A stretch of 64,000 nt of DNA. Origin: Trichosphaerium sp. ATCC 40318. Its lineage: Eukaryota; Protista; Tubulinea. Each line of letters opens with the position of its first letter. The first letter of the stretch is position 1. The stretch is taken from NCBI GenBank assembly GCA_038496445.1, contig JALMLS010000370.1:1-64000 (forward strand). The letters run 5' to 3'. This document shows positions 38,515 to 52,210 of this stretch, piece by piece. Under the pieces are notes generated by a model. That model was not told the DNA's origin. It worked only from the letters and a program-made list of their open reading frames with translations, and made no database searches. The position numbers were made by a program, and so were the translations under genes.

Positions 38515-39039
38515 GTTGCGTTAACTAGGAATTTAGCAATAAACTATTGAAATGGCTTAACGGTGCACCTAAATTGCCTTATTGGGTTTCCGATCAAAAA
38601 ACTAATGGGTTGATATCAATACAACATATTCCTCCATGTTAAAGAGTCTGCGAAGCGCGAGCTATGGTACAACACGTGTACATACTCTATCAGAGTGTAC
38701 GAGCTTACATGACATGAGCATACTTGCAACTTTGTTAACTTAGAAAACGTTAAATCAAAAGCTGTTCACGTGTCAGATCCCTCCTGTCATTCGACACTTG
38801 ATCGAAAATGTTACCTTAAGGGGTAACAAGTTCTGATGTCTGTCATGCAACAGCACTCGTCTATGTCAGATCGAAGATCGTTTTAGGCATTCGAAACTTT
38901 GTTACGATAGTAACAAATGATGGATTGGTATTGACAACATGAAAGGAGAAGGGTTTTTATTCGCTGCAGGATATCTAGTTTTCTTCAAAACCACGTAGGC
39001 TCCAGGCGTTATAAGTCTTCCTTCTTGGTATCAAGATGG

Positions 39040-41383
39040 CTATTCAGCGTATATTGGCACTAAATGGTATTTCTTCTTGTAGTATATACAGCCAACAATA
39101 CTTAACACTATAATAAGAGCTATTGGTACTAAGATCACAGCCAATACTATTGGGCTTCCAACTGTGGGAATAAAATATTAGCACAAACAAGGGTAATGCT
39201 ATCTATCTAAGTACATGTGCATTTTGTAGCATCCTCTTTTGATGTTGCCGTCCAATGACACTTTTCGCAAGGTGCACCTTGCTCTCGCTGAAAAGTACCT
39301 TTTTATTGTGTTAATTAGTTGATGAAAACAAAAAAACAATACAAGCTATTGTTATACCTGCTGAACACAAAACACACGTGTTCCAACGCGCATACCCACG
39401 CTCACACTTGTTACAATAAGTGCTTCCAGTATTAAGTGAGATGCCGTCATAGCAAGGATTACAATGATCCTGTCCTCTATTAAGAATAAGAAAGTTGTTG
39501 CTGGCAATGGTGGCTTACGTTAGATTCTGGTATGTAAATCTCCAGCATTGCCAGCATGTTGTGGCCCAATCACTAGCCGAAAAGTTACCAGCAGCACACT
39601 GTGAACATATAAATCCATTATCATAAGTACCATAACCGCAAACTTCACATTTAAGGTTGACAGATTTGAGACCTGATCCAGGCGGACAAGCTAAGAGTTG
39701 AAGTTAGATTTCTGTAAAAACAAACAAGAAATTGTACATGGTTGAGGCATTACGGTAAATTGTACTGCAGCATTTTTAGGCCATGAGTTATTTCCTTTTA
39801 GTATCCCGATTGGTGGTGAAAAACTCCTTTCTTCGCTTTGATATGATTGAACAACATTGTCAATAAATTGTGTGTTTGTAATTGAGATGGTATGGTTTGA
39901 GCTAACACTTTCAAACGCGAGTGTAGAGAAAAGAGAGCCTGATTCCTTCAGACTGTATATACTCTTAGTATTATTACGGAAAACAGTGTCTGTCATGTTG
40001 AATGTTGATGTAACGTTAACATACATGACATTCTATTAATAGGCTCAGAAGAAAAAAGTGAGTAGAGAAGTGGCGTACGTTTGAGGTCTCCGCGTTTATA
40101 AATGAACAATCACTAATGATAGCAGACTTTGCATGTATTCTAAATGGGGAATCACTAAATTGTGTACCAGACATGATAGCTTCTGTTCAACAAAGAAAAA
40201 GTTAGCAACAATGAAACTAAACTAAAAAAATTGTCCACTATACCACTTGTAATCAATGTGAGAGTAGACTCTATAAGTGTACATTCTGTAAAAGAAACAT
40301 AATTACTAGCGAGAGTATGTGTAGAATAAATAGAGTCAGATACAAATTCTACATTTTGAAAAGTAACATTTCTGAATGCAAATTTCTCAATGACTGAGTC
40401 AACATGAAAAGAGCCCCGAATGTCAGAATCCTCTATTTCTAAATTTGAAATATTATGTGCTCCAATATTTACTGAACAATAGACATAAGTTATAACCTGA
40501 ACCTGTAAAGCTATATTGACTCACCTTGTAACAAGTGACACTCGCTGATTTTGAGTGTCCCAATGTTCTTTTGAGAACCATAGTATCGTTCGATCTGTAA
40601 CAAGTCTGTGACAACACCGTTGACGTATATATTTGACAAGTCTGTATCAAGTGATAGTATCTATAGCGGTTAGATTGTAACCAACGTATGGTATCAACAG
40701 TACCAAGCCATTTCCCAAAAAGACAGGTTGTCCATCATACGCTTGAAGAATCACATTTGTCACATTTAATTCTTTAGTTCGAATAGTTTGAGCTGTATTA
40801 TGCTCATACGGACCACCTACAATCACGTGGTTAGTTTTGATGGAAGTAATCTGACCAATTAATAACTATTAACCAATTCAACCTTGTACTTTAAGATGGA
40901 ACGGTCTGTAACTAGCTATAGCGAAATACTTGCAGATAGAGTGAATTGATCCGAAAAAAAACTGCTTGGACAACTCAAATTTGTCATTTAGGTGTACCTT
41001 TGATGTAAATGATAATCGAGTTTGCGTCAATGATGTTGGTTTTCTTCGTGAAACAGTCTTCAAGGTCTAGAAAGGGAAATTCTTCAGTACCATTGAACTA
41101 GTGCTGTTGTTAGTAAATAGCAAGCGATGATAGGCCAGCGTACTAAATCAGACCCTGTATTTGAGACATAGCAAGCAATAGACGAGTTATCCTTCGAATC
41201 TTATTGTAAATGATTACTATGACGTTATTATTCTAAGCTACCGTACCTACTACATCAGCTGGCGTTTGAGCGCGTGATTGCTAGATATCTTTGATGAGAA
41301 GGACAAAACCCGCTATTGACGTTTACCTGTATCATTACAGCCACGAATAGTATAGACACAACTTTCGCTAGAAAGGAGACCAT
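39040..41383 (-). CDS. Type I membrane protein: parallel beta-helix ectodomain, Cys-rich repeats, TM, short tail
   Basis: Signal MVSFLAKVVSILFVAV; YVSNTGSDLFNGTEEFPF motif; CPPG/CxxC repeats; TM IVLAVILVPIALIIVLSIVGCIYY followed by KKK. Confidence 0.75.
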
Positions 41384-41624
41384 GGCGTTGCTTTGTACGT
41401 AAAATATTGCCACGTTGGCTTTTTTTTGGGTAAGGTTGGTAACCTAAATTAGGAACTGCTAATCACGTTACGTTAAAATATGTGTGCATGTTTAATTGAA
41501 AACGCCTGTTTCTTTGAATAAACTGCATTGAAGTTACGAATACAGATTCCTCTGATATAAGTATAACTACGAGATCATAGTCAATCGAAATGTATCGTGG
41601 CTTATTTGAAAAGAAGTTGAAACT

Positions 41625-43692
41625 TTATTGGTTGACAACAAACAATGTAAGGATTGTATCATCAAAGAAAGTAGAAACAGCTTCTTCCAATTGAACAAAA
41701 GGACCTTGTAGAATGATATCCGGTATATTATTAGCAACAACCTTTGATACATACTCCATGTTATCATGAATACTGAAGCCGACATAAACAAAACCAATGC
41801 CCATAATAAATGTTGAAACAGCGAAGACGAGCTTATTGTCAGACACACGCTTAACAAGTAACCCAAGAATACTGTAAATGGCTGTAATAGTGTCAGTAAT
41901 ATAAAAGTAAGAATAAGAGGCGTACCAGCAATACCAACCATCATAAGTAGAGGTGCGTTAGCATCAAGAGCTTGTATGACTGTAACAGAAGATATGACAA
42001 GAGCAGCGATGTCATTGATTATCGGTCTCTTTTTATTGCCTAATCTAAGAAGTACGCCCAAGTTATGGATACGTATTAAAATATATCCAAAGAATACAAA
42101 TGTACTCTGACTACTACTGAGCACAAGCATTCGTGAAGTTATAAACGACAAAGCTAAAACTCCAAAGTCAGTTCACTTTCGAAAACAAAAAACAAAGTAA
42201 AAACTGTTTTTGAAAAGAAAAAGCCACGTGTCTTACCAATTCTGACGTAGTCAGGTGTAGATCCAGCAAATGGCCAATTAAATACATTCAATGCCACAAA
42301 AGAGAGCGCAAACCAAACAATACCATCAGATTCCTTGGACATTAAATGCAATCCAATGATAGCGAATGCGTAACGTGAAATGAAAATAGGTATCCACATG
42401 AATGAGTGTCCGCCTTTGTCGAAAGTAGTAAAATCTGATCCAAATAGAACGAATAATGCTGCGATAACAAGCTGTGATCTGACAAGGGAAACAACAAAGA
42501 ACTCCAAAAGAGTCTGTCCATGGAAAAGTCTAAAGACTTGCATCCAAAATGCATCTCTTACATTCAAAAATCCGTTGCACATGCCAAGGAAAGCGCACGT
42601 GCAAACAATAAGGAATAAGAATTTCATACCTTGTGTTATGAGTGTTCTCGGCGTATAGGCAAAATGAGAAAATATGGATATAAAGAAGCACCCAAGCGGT
42701 ATAAAGATCCAAGAGTCATCCAACATTGATCTATAAAGCATACCGACATTAACAGCGATTACAAGAGCCCATAATAATGGCTGGCGATCCCAACGTGATG
42801 TAGTTGCTGGGTTAGGAGGCAAGGCATAGTATATCGCTGCTGGAAAAGACCAAACAAAGGTAGCATAACCAGCTGCATTTGCCCAAAAAGCAAGTTGTCT
42901 GCTGGCTACCAATGGCTGCGTCTCGGCAATAAAAGGCAAGAAGAACCCAAGTGCGAGGCACACCACAGCGTAAACAACTACGATAGGGCTGTCTTTGGTT
43001 GCTATATGCTCAAAATTGAATGTGATACGACTCTTACCGAATAGATCGAGAACCAGGCGGAATGCAATCAGAAATGGCACCAATGCAAGAAAAGGTGAAT
43101 CTATATTAATGACGTATACTACGCTCGCGCTAAGTGCTAGCAGATTGGCAATTGCAAAGTTTGTCTTCGTTGTGGCTTCTCTGAGGGATAGATGGTTGCC
43201 TGCGAACTGCAAGACGCTTAAAACAGCTATAGGGAACAGAGCAAGCGCCGTTGCCATCATCAACGATGCCATAATCGGCGCGTCACGATCTAGTACAGCA
43301 AAACCCGCCTTGGGATATACGTTAGTTTTGTCAAACCTCTAAAACGGTTTATTTGTTACCTTTGTGTATCCGAGGATGTAAATTACTGTTAGAATGGTTG
43401 TAACTGCGCCCTTGCCCATTCTTTCAACCAAACTCACAAACATCGCGTAGGAAACGCCCACTACCACGTAGCCAATAATATACAACGCAAACCTGCTGTA
43501 TTTAGGCTAATTTAACTTTAAACGTGCGTACGTTACATTAAAAAACTGACTAATCGTCGAAACAACGGTATTTTCATGAGCGATAGCGAGATGCGAAGTA
43601 AGCGCAGCAAAAAGTTGAGTAGCTTGTTCAGCTGTTATAATTTCCTCTGACGCTGCCCAAGACAAGTCTTCGGGCGTAATTGTTAGAGACAT
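41625..43692 (-). CDS. Polytopic membrane protein, DUF2157-like
   Basis: N-terminus MSLTITPEDLSWAASEEIITAEQATQLFAAL resembles bacterial DUF2157 N-termini; more than 15 hydrophobic segments (ORFs 42154-43272, 41625-41846). Confidence 0.65.
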
Positions 43693-43933
43693 TGCAGTTT
43701 GAGCGCAATTTTTGGACAATGAGACTAAAACTAGCACCTTTAGTAAGTGGGTTTTCACTGAACAGTTTGTCATTTACCAGTAAGACCCTAGAGAAACACA
43801 ATTGATCGAAAACATAACGTTGTTACCAGTATTCGAAAAAAACTATGCCACACTCATTACACACGTACAATTTTGTTAACCGTTAGCGTTTAAGTGTAAT
43901 GTGATCGATAAATTTTTGATTTCTCCGCGAACC

Positions 43934-45793
43934 ATGCTCAAGTTCTTGCTACACCTGTGTATATGCGCATTTTATCTACCTTTCTATGCTGTGGTACTCT
44001 AGACTAACTTTAAGCTATTTCTTACGTATTTGAGGCTTTAATCACAGGAGTAATTCCTAGACGCGAACTAGGTTTCAGAAGCGGCGTTTATGATGTCATT
44101 GCTCTCAATATCCGGTAAAAACCATCGTTCTCGATAACAACAGACTCTTACGTACTTACAGAGCTATTCAAGACGTTATAGATTGTATAACTATGATTTT
44201 TACGATTGTTCTATTCAAACAGGCGTCAAACAGGAAAAAGGTTGTCGTTGTTGGTGGTGGCTTTGCTGGAGCGAATGGTACATACCTACTTTTTACTCAA
44301 CTTGCTTTTTTTTTTTTGCGGCACGTGTCAAGATATTAAATGGAATCAAAGTGGCGCGGACGTTACAACACGACTTTGATGTTACACTTATTGATACCAA
44401 GCCATACTGGGAATACACGCCCTCTATTGTAAAGGCAGCAGCTCATCCACAAATTAGTCACAGGTGAATATCCATCAGGATTCTGGGGGTTTTTTTTCAT
44501 TCGAGTTACCAAGGCTAACTAGTACTTACTGCTTTAAAGGTGGCAATTTTCTCACAAGTCATATCTACCAAAAGCCAATGTGTGCATTGGTCGCGTCACA
44601 AAGTAAGTTTTTATTTCTAAATATCCTCCTGAGATACTTTGCCATTGGCTCATTCCGTTTTACATGTAGGGTCTCAAATAAGTCAGTCATAACATGTAAA
44701 AAAGAAGCGCATCCTTTTGACTTCCTAGTGCTAGCAACAGGGATGGATTCAAAAGACTCTGGTAACCACTTTAAACAAATAAATCACTTTGTTTTAACAC
44801 TTTTCAGGGATGATACAATGCAACTCTGGAAGCGTCTTAAGCGAGTCCGGTAATGAACTGAAAGAGGCTGAACAAGTTCTTGTTGTAGGAGGTAAACAAA
44901 TCACCCACGAATATGCTCATTACTAATTTCTTATCTGTAGGTGGTATTGTTGGTGTTGAGCTTTGTGGTGAAATCAACCAAAAGTACCCATCAAAGAGAA
45001 TTACACTTGTACATGCCCACAATAGACTCATACAAAGAATGCCTAAACAAGCTTCAACATATGCTTTATCTTATCTCCAATCCAAAGGTGAAATACAAAG
45101 CAATTGTTTTGTTGTCTAATACCAAGCAAAGGAGTGTCAATTGTTCTGGGTACAAAAGTGACAGAACAAGTGTCCAAAGGAGTCTACCTCACAAACGCAG
45201 GCTCTCGGATACAAGCTGATATTGCCTACCAATGCATAGGAAGCAAACCACATACTACTGGTCTATTACCTGGAATAACAAGTATGCACCAAGTTGTTGT
45301 TTGAAGTGTTTTTAATGCTTCTTTTTAAAGATAATGACAATGTAAATGGATTCGTTCAAGTCAACAGTTACCTTCAAACAACACATGCCCGAAATATATT
45401 CGCATGTGGAGATGTTGCAAACGTTAGAGAAGAAAAGTTGGCTCAAGCAGCTGAACTACAGGCTCATATTGTAGCACACAATATCAAGTACATTTTAATG
45501 AATCCTTCTTACTTTGGCATTTAATCAAATGTAGGGCAATGACAACAGGCAGTCGGCTTAAACAATATCAATCACTACCAAGAATAGTTGTTGTATCCCT
45601 TGGTTTATACGATGGGTTCATCGCTTGGGGGAACAAAGTCTATACAGGCTCAATATGGCGCCCTATTGCCGTGGTTTTAAAGTATCTCATCGAAATTAAG
45701 TGTGTTGTAACCTACTGGATATTCTATGTTGCTACATGGATACCTAACCGACTTGAAACTTACGCACGCAATGTTAGTCCCAACAAGCCATAA
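43934..45793 (+). CDS. AIFM2/FSP1 (AMID)-like FAD/NAD(P)H oxidoreductase
   Basis: KVVVVGGGFAG, FDVTLIDTKPYWEYTP, DFLVLATG, GGGIVGVELCGEI, NIFACGD. Confidence 0.88.
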
Positions 45794-45933
45794 TAAAATA
45801 CGAACTTGACATCTCATGTCTTTGTTTAAAAACCAAGATCTACATCACTTCTTCAAACATTTGTTAAAAGGTCAAAACGAACACAATGTAAAATGGTAAA
45901 ATCTACTTTCAAATATATAATAATTGGTTTTAT

Positions 45934-46598
45934 TTAATATCTAGCTTGATGTTCAATATTGATACGCAATTGCCTTGCACACGAGGAATCAGTTGTACAT
46001 TTGGACATGAATCTGAGTGGATTCAAAATCGCCGTACGGAAAGCGAATTCCGTACTTCCTTGTGTAGCAATTGGAGCGTACGAACTTAGCCAAGAGCAAT
46101 CTCCGCTGTCACATTCAGAATGGTAGTTTCTAAAACTTTCGTAATTAACCCTCATACGTATATCTTGAGCGGCTTGGACGCGCACTAAAGAGTAAGGCAG
46201 GCCCTTATAGGCCCCATTGGTTCGCGCATACTGGCAGATAAACATGACGTAGTATTGTGCGAAACATTTGCTTGGATTGCTACAGCTTGCAGAGTAGGAG
46301 AATAGACCATTCTTTGTGTTTATATGGCTATAATACGCTTCAACGTTATTAAGCGGGTATTTTTCGCCCTTATACCACGTATGAGATCTGCATTTGTACA
46401 CCTGCGGTGGTTTGTTGTTAATACAAGGACCAACAGCTCCGCTACGATTGTCAGCAATGAATGTGCCATCTCTCTGTCGTACATTGGTTTAGGGCACGTC
46501 TTCGGCGGCTTCCTCCTCCTAAACAGCCTTCTCCAGCTCATGGCCTCTGTCGCTACAACTAAGAGTAAAAGAGCAATCACAACTTTTTTGCACAGCAT
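45934..46598 (-). CDS. Secreted Cys-rich protein of unknown function
   Basis: Signal peptide MLCKKVVIALLLLVVATEA; one 41-nt GT-AG intron joins ORFs 46320-46598 and 45934-46401. Confidence 0.8.
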
Positions 46599-47335
46599 GT
46601 TACTCTTTTGGGTTGTTAGTTGGGTTTTTTAAGGAGATTGTTGACTTAACTTACCTAATCAGGCAGTGTGTGCCTTTTAAGGAACCAAACACGCCAGCAG
46701 TGCATGTCTCATGGTTGATGCTTCAGTTGTGTATTTTTTGTAGAATTCTATAGCGATGGGAAAGAATCGCACAACTTACGAGATGTTCGGAATTCGATTT
46801 TTGCTCTACAGGAGCGTAGAGTCTGAAAAATGGGTCCAGGATTTGCTAAAAAATGTTGCAAAATGGTGCACTCTCACACAAAAAATACATTAAGAATTCC
46901 AAAAAATATTTCATTTACCAAGCTTGATAAAATGCGTGTTTCTGTAACCTTCCAAACCGGTATTACTTTTTTCAGAAATGAAATCGAATGAACTCTTAGT
47001 CTAACCACGTGCTTTTCAAGCGCTCTAGCTGGACTAAATAGACTTAAAATGCATTTTGTCGATACATAGGTCCAAAGCCCCGTTTGAGTTTGTTTACCCA
47101 AATTAAAAATGTCAAAAAGTAGGAAATGTGGAATGTCTACCATTTTTTGAAGGTGAAATACTCTTGAGATGCTATTTTTTTTCAATGTTAATACTATCAC
47201 AACATCAGACTCACATCTCTTCCTGAAGTATCTTGTGCCTATTACACAACAAACTAAACGAGTGGCTAACAAATCAATTATTCAGCGAAATAAACTTGAC
47301 AAAGAACAAGAAGTAAGAAAACAAGTAAATCTACA

Positions 47336-48668
47336 ATGAAGGCATCTGATGAACAAGAAGAATTTTTTTGTTGCTTTAAAGATGCTACTGCGTTCGCGTC
47401 AATTTCAAGGCTGTTAAAGAGTTTAATAGGTACCAAAATGAAGCGCGCCCGAAATGTGAATTTCTGTGTAGACCTTGTGAGTATTGATGTTACAGAGAAG
47501 GGTCTTAGTATCTGTACAGTTGACACTGCGCAAGTAAGAATATTACTTGAAGCGCAGGTATCATGTTACGATTCTTATAGTTGAGCAGGTTATGGTGGTA
47601 AAGCTAGATTTGCACGCAAATCATGCGTTTAGACAATTCCAATTGTACGTTCACATTATGCCCCACTACTAGCTCACTTTGTGGGCAACCCAAAGTACAC
47701 GTAATGCAGTGATTGGTATAAAAAGTGCGGATTTATCTAGAGGCGAGTACTTGCCAATAACAAAACTAAACCTCCACGTAGCCCTCAAACACATCAAGCC
47801 AACTACCATTGGTACGAACAATGTTGTAACACCTAAGATATTGTCTAGTATCCCTTCATTCATTAAACGAAGAAAAACTCCTGATTACAGCGTGTACAAA
47901 GACCCACTACCAGTGCCCAGCTCATTATCTCTAGCTCAGCGGGAGCCATTCCCTAAAACTTCTAGCTTTAATATCAATCAAATGGTTATTGTAAACGAAC
48001 CAAGGTACTGTCAGCATTTTTGTATCAGCATCTAAACAATTGCAAAGATTGGACATTCCAGTTGGAGGCTACAGTTCAGAAGCTCTCTTACCTGTCTACG
48101 CGTTTACATCGGTCAGCTTTTTTTGAAGTTACTTCAACTTATTGCGTGTAGGTAATAGATGATCTTTGTGGTGACGAGGTTATGATTACGCTAGCACCAG
48201 ATAAACTTGAAATTGCAGGTAAGAAACCTATCCGTTCAAGTTTTGAAAGCTGCAATAGCGGATAGTTCAGACGGGAGCATGTCAGTAGCAATAGCCTTTA
48301 GATCAAAGGTGTGCTTGAATCCTTCATCAAAATTTCCTTTTACTCATTTCAACAAGGACTTTGCATCACATCCTGGGTGTGGTATCATCTCTACTCAAGT
48401 TGTATCACAAAAATACAAGTTGGCATATTTTATCAAGATAGCAAAGATGGCCAAGATGGTATGCCTCCTAGCACAACACGATATCTCATCTCATAATTTA
48501 GAAGTGCATTGAAGAAGTCCTTATTCAAATGGGCGAGGACAAGCCTTTGTCTTTGGTTTATCCACTGGGCCAAGAAGTACGTAATACTTTGTTGTTGTGT
48601 TTATTGTTTACGGTATAATCAATAAGGGAGCTATAAATGTTTTCTTGGCACCGCTGATAACCGACTAG
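47336..48668 (+). CDS. Divergent PCNA-like sliding clamp
   Basis: Spliced: VSIDVTEKGLSICTVDTAQVMVVKLDL, IGIKSADLSRALK, LDIPVGGYSSEALLP, YKLAYFIKIAK, MGEDKPLSLVYPLGQEGAINVFLAPLITD*; colinear with PCNA. Confidence 0.8.
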
Positions 48669-48828
48669 CATTTACGCTACTCGAATTACCAACGAGTAAA
48701 CAATTCACGTGTTACGTGAGATACTTTTGTAAAGGAGTGAAAGACAGTGCATTACTTCTCTTTTGTAGTAAATAAAGTTGCTTGGAATACGCCTTTTCAT
48801 AAAAAAAATGTATCAGCTAGAGTCAATG

Positions 48829-49203
48829 TTAAGTGAGGCATTTTTTCCGTACTAAGTAAGCATAGATATTATCAGTGTATTCCAATAATATCTGCATTCT
48901 ATGCTTTATGTCGTTGACTACAGCCTCTGTAAAATTCCTTACAAGATGTTAAAGAAGTTCAAACAAATTAAATTATCTTCAAACTTTAGCGTACGCGTCC
49001 GTTATTGATCTACTCCCATCACCGCGGGCTTGTTTTATCATTAAAGCAGTACGCGCAATCAATTTCTACGAATTGTTAAAATGGTAAAATGACTTTAGAC
49101 TAACGCAAAGGCCATTAAATACTCGTGTCATGTCATCATCTAGAAAATGGGTTGTGACGCGAGGTACTGGACGAGCACCGCCAATTATGATTTTGGTTGT
49201 CAT
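48829..49203 (-). CDS. 86-aa orphan protein
   Basis: Exons 49203-49123, 49065-48995, 48937-48829; two 57-nt GT-AG introns; continuous frame. Confidence 0.6.
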
Positions 49204-49478
49204 TTTGTTGAATGCTAAGCCGTTACTTAACACTCCACAATCAACACTTAACAGCTGTCTTAATAGTCGCAGAAAACTTTAACGAGGATCAGTTTGTACA
49301 CAGGATAGAGAAAGAACTCAACTACACTGACAAACAACAGAAAGAAGGAAGTTGATTACCAAATTGGATGATTTATTTGACAAGCCATGACAGTACATGC
49401 CTAATAGTACGCTACAGCGTTGTATTATGTACAATTGGTGCAAAGCTGTATACTGTTACTACCGCGCATTTGTGTTGT

Positions 49479-51511
49479 CTACTCCTCCATGGCATCTCCT
49501 TCATCGCTAGCAGCCAGACCTTCATTTTCCTCTGCAGCTCGCTCTTCTTCTAACTGCTCTCTGCGAAGCTCCTTCCATTTATCACTTCCAAATAAACTGA
49601 GAAACAGTTGATCACAAATGACATCATCATCTTTTGGATAAAACCGCCTCTTTGGTGCCATAAAATTCTCAATTTGTGGATGAATGTTGTACCTGTAAAG
49701 AAAAAAATTAGTTTCAAAAATAAAACTAATCATCAACTAACTTACCGAATCTGTTTTTGATTTTTAGGCCATTTCATTTTCTTTGGCTTTGAATTTGAAA
49801 ATCTACCAGTGGAATACGTTGTGAATTCTAAAACGAAAGAATCAGAGGTAAAAAATAACATTTACGCTTAACAACAAGAATTGAAACCTAACGAACCTTT
49901 TGAGTCTAAACCACCGTTATTACGCAACAAGTACGCGTAAAAATCATCGTCATCATAAATCTGGGAATCATGTTGTTCCAAGTGAGAATCATGCATTGAT
50001 TCAGTTGAGGCACGTTTTTTATCAGGTCCATCATTTGTTTGCTGGTTACTTTGTCTTTTTCTCTTTCCAAGTACTCTATAAGAAGATCTCTGTAACTGAG
50101 ACCTTCTAATAAGATTATCTTTATCTTCCATTTGTTCATCGATTTGGTCCAAAATACGCTACATAAATGTCAATTTTTTTGTATCACAACACTCTTTGTT
50201 AGTGCGGTACCTTATTCAACGTTTTGAATTTTGTCATTTGTACGCCTGAGGCAAGGAGTACTTTATCGTTCCATTTTTGTGTTGTCTCTCGAAGGAATGG
50301 GTCTATACTATCGCATTGATTTGGTTAATTATTGGGCATGTTTGCAAGAAAAAAAAAACATAAATAATGAGGTCAGGGGCTTAAGCGTACGTGTCCATAG
50401 TGATTTTATAGCGTTCTAATAGTTGCTCAAAAGGATCTTCATTATCAGCAGCAGGAAGAGACGACATATCAACTCCAGAAGGAGGATTTTGATTCAATAG
50501 TTCCTTAGCAAAGATAAGAGAAGACGAATAAACAATAAGAAATAAACTGTGCTATTTCCAACAAAATATTTTCATACGTCCTGAACATCAAGTAAGGTCT
50601 TTACAACCCAACCAACATTTTTATTCATCCTTGACACGCTCTTTTTGATCCTAAAGAACAAAAAAAAAACGAATCAATGACTAATTTTTGTGCTGAGTTG
50701 ATTTACCTGCCGTCATGTGACTCGAACATTGGCAATGTGTCAAATTGTGGTAATCTATTTGCCATTCTTTGAAGTTTTTGTAGTTCAACACGTATTCCCA
50801 AGACATCATCCCAAATACTTGATTGGTTCTTAGTATGCGCTGCTTTTTCTAATTCATCTGTAACTTCGAATGTTTGGATATCATCTCTTGGCCTATCACT
50901 CAATAATAAGCAACTCTTATTACATTACTATCTTTTAGGATATTTACCCAAGGCTTAGTTGAGCTTCGAACATTTCAGCCTCCTTGACAGTGCTTAGTTT
51001 GGGTTGTTTGTCATCTACTGTCAACATGTCGTAAAATTGGTTTATCTTGGATGACACCTCCTATACGCCTTGTTAAATGTAATCACGTATGCGATAAATG
51101 ATACCTCGTCGATATCCTCCTCTTCATCGTTGACATTCTCCCAGCCTAAGGTGTCTAATGATGTTTTTTCTCCTGCGAACTCTTCGTCTAGTTCTGGTGG
51201 TGGGAGGATTTGATTATCATATCTAGTGCGCATTTAGCGTACTTTGGAGCGTATTTAACTACCTTAGATCTTGTGGTGTTCCTTCGAAGCCAAATTGATC
51301 ATCAGTCGCGGTTTTAAAGTCAAATGTATCCCAATTAGAGTCTGCAGTGTCTTCCGCGTCTATTTTGTTTGAGAAAATAATATAATCCTTGTTATGTACT
51401 GTGTGTTGGGTCCAGGTTCATGTACGACGCGATTTTATCCTTTAGAGATAAAGGAGCGACACTTGCGTCTTCCTCTACTTCGTGAATATGCTTTACTGTT
51501 CGTACCCTCAT
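49479..51511 (-). CDS. AATF: AATF/Bfr2 ribosome biogenesis factor
   Basis: TKNQSSIWDDVLGIRVELQKLQRMANRLPQ, QIYDDDDFYAYLL, RYNIHPQIENFMAP, QLFLSLFG. Confidence 0.9.
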
Positions 51512-52210
51512 CAATAAATACAAAACGTGGTGTGGTTACGCGTAGAAACGAGTGGAAAAACAAAAGAAAATTATGAATTTTATGTGTAACAACTAAAATA
51601 GCCCTACGTAATAATACTTCAAAAACTAACGTAGAAACGATGAACACAGACTTTATTTAACAAGATATAACTCATCGCCATTCGCTACTAGTACTTTTGA
51701 AGATACTTTTAAAATGGTTTTGGCAGTTTCTTTTGCATGGCATGTTGATTTGAAAAACGAGATGGTGGTCATTCAGAATGTAAGTGACAGACTGAAAATG
51801 TCGCTGATATTGAAGTAGATCTCAAGCATAAACTCGCAGCATCTTGAACTCGAGGCAGTTAGCTGCACCAGAAAGAGAGCAAAAGTTAAAGGGCTGAAGG
51901 TCAACTAGCACAACTGCAAGAAAAGAGAAAAAAAAGAACATCGTGAAGTGGCTGGCGCACAAAACAGAATAGTTCTGAAGAAAACCACACTTTTTGACTT
52001 TGATGCTGAACTAATTAAACAACAAACAGCCATTTGTGGATACATATATTTACTCTACATAAGATAGATGGTAATACTAAAGTACAGTTATTTACAATCG
52101 CCCTTTTCTATTATAAATGGCGTAAAAACTTCCTAATCGTTTTTGATATTCAAGAATACAACTTCACTGCACAGTTTTTTATGAAATAGAGCATGAATCC
52201 CCTGGCTCAC

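Noticed and set aside
46930-47270. LRR-like relic upstream of the PCNA-like gene
   Set aside because: Multiple stops, and the similarity is too weak to support.
51714-51908. 51-aa plus-strand ORF with one 39-nt intron
   Set aside because: A single intron and short length are compatible with chance; no homology recognised.
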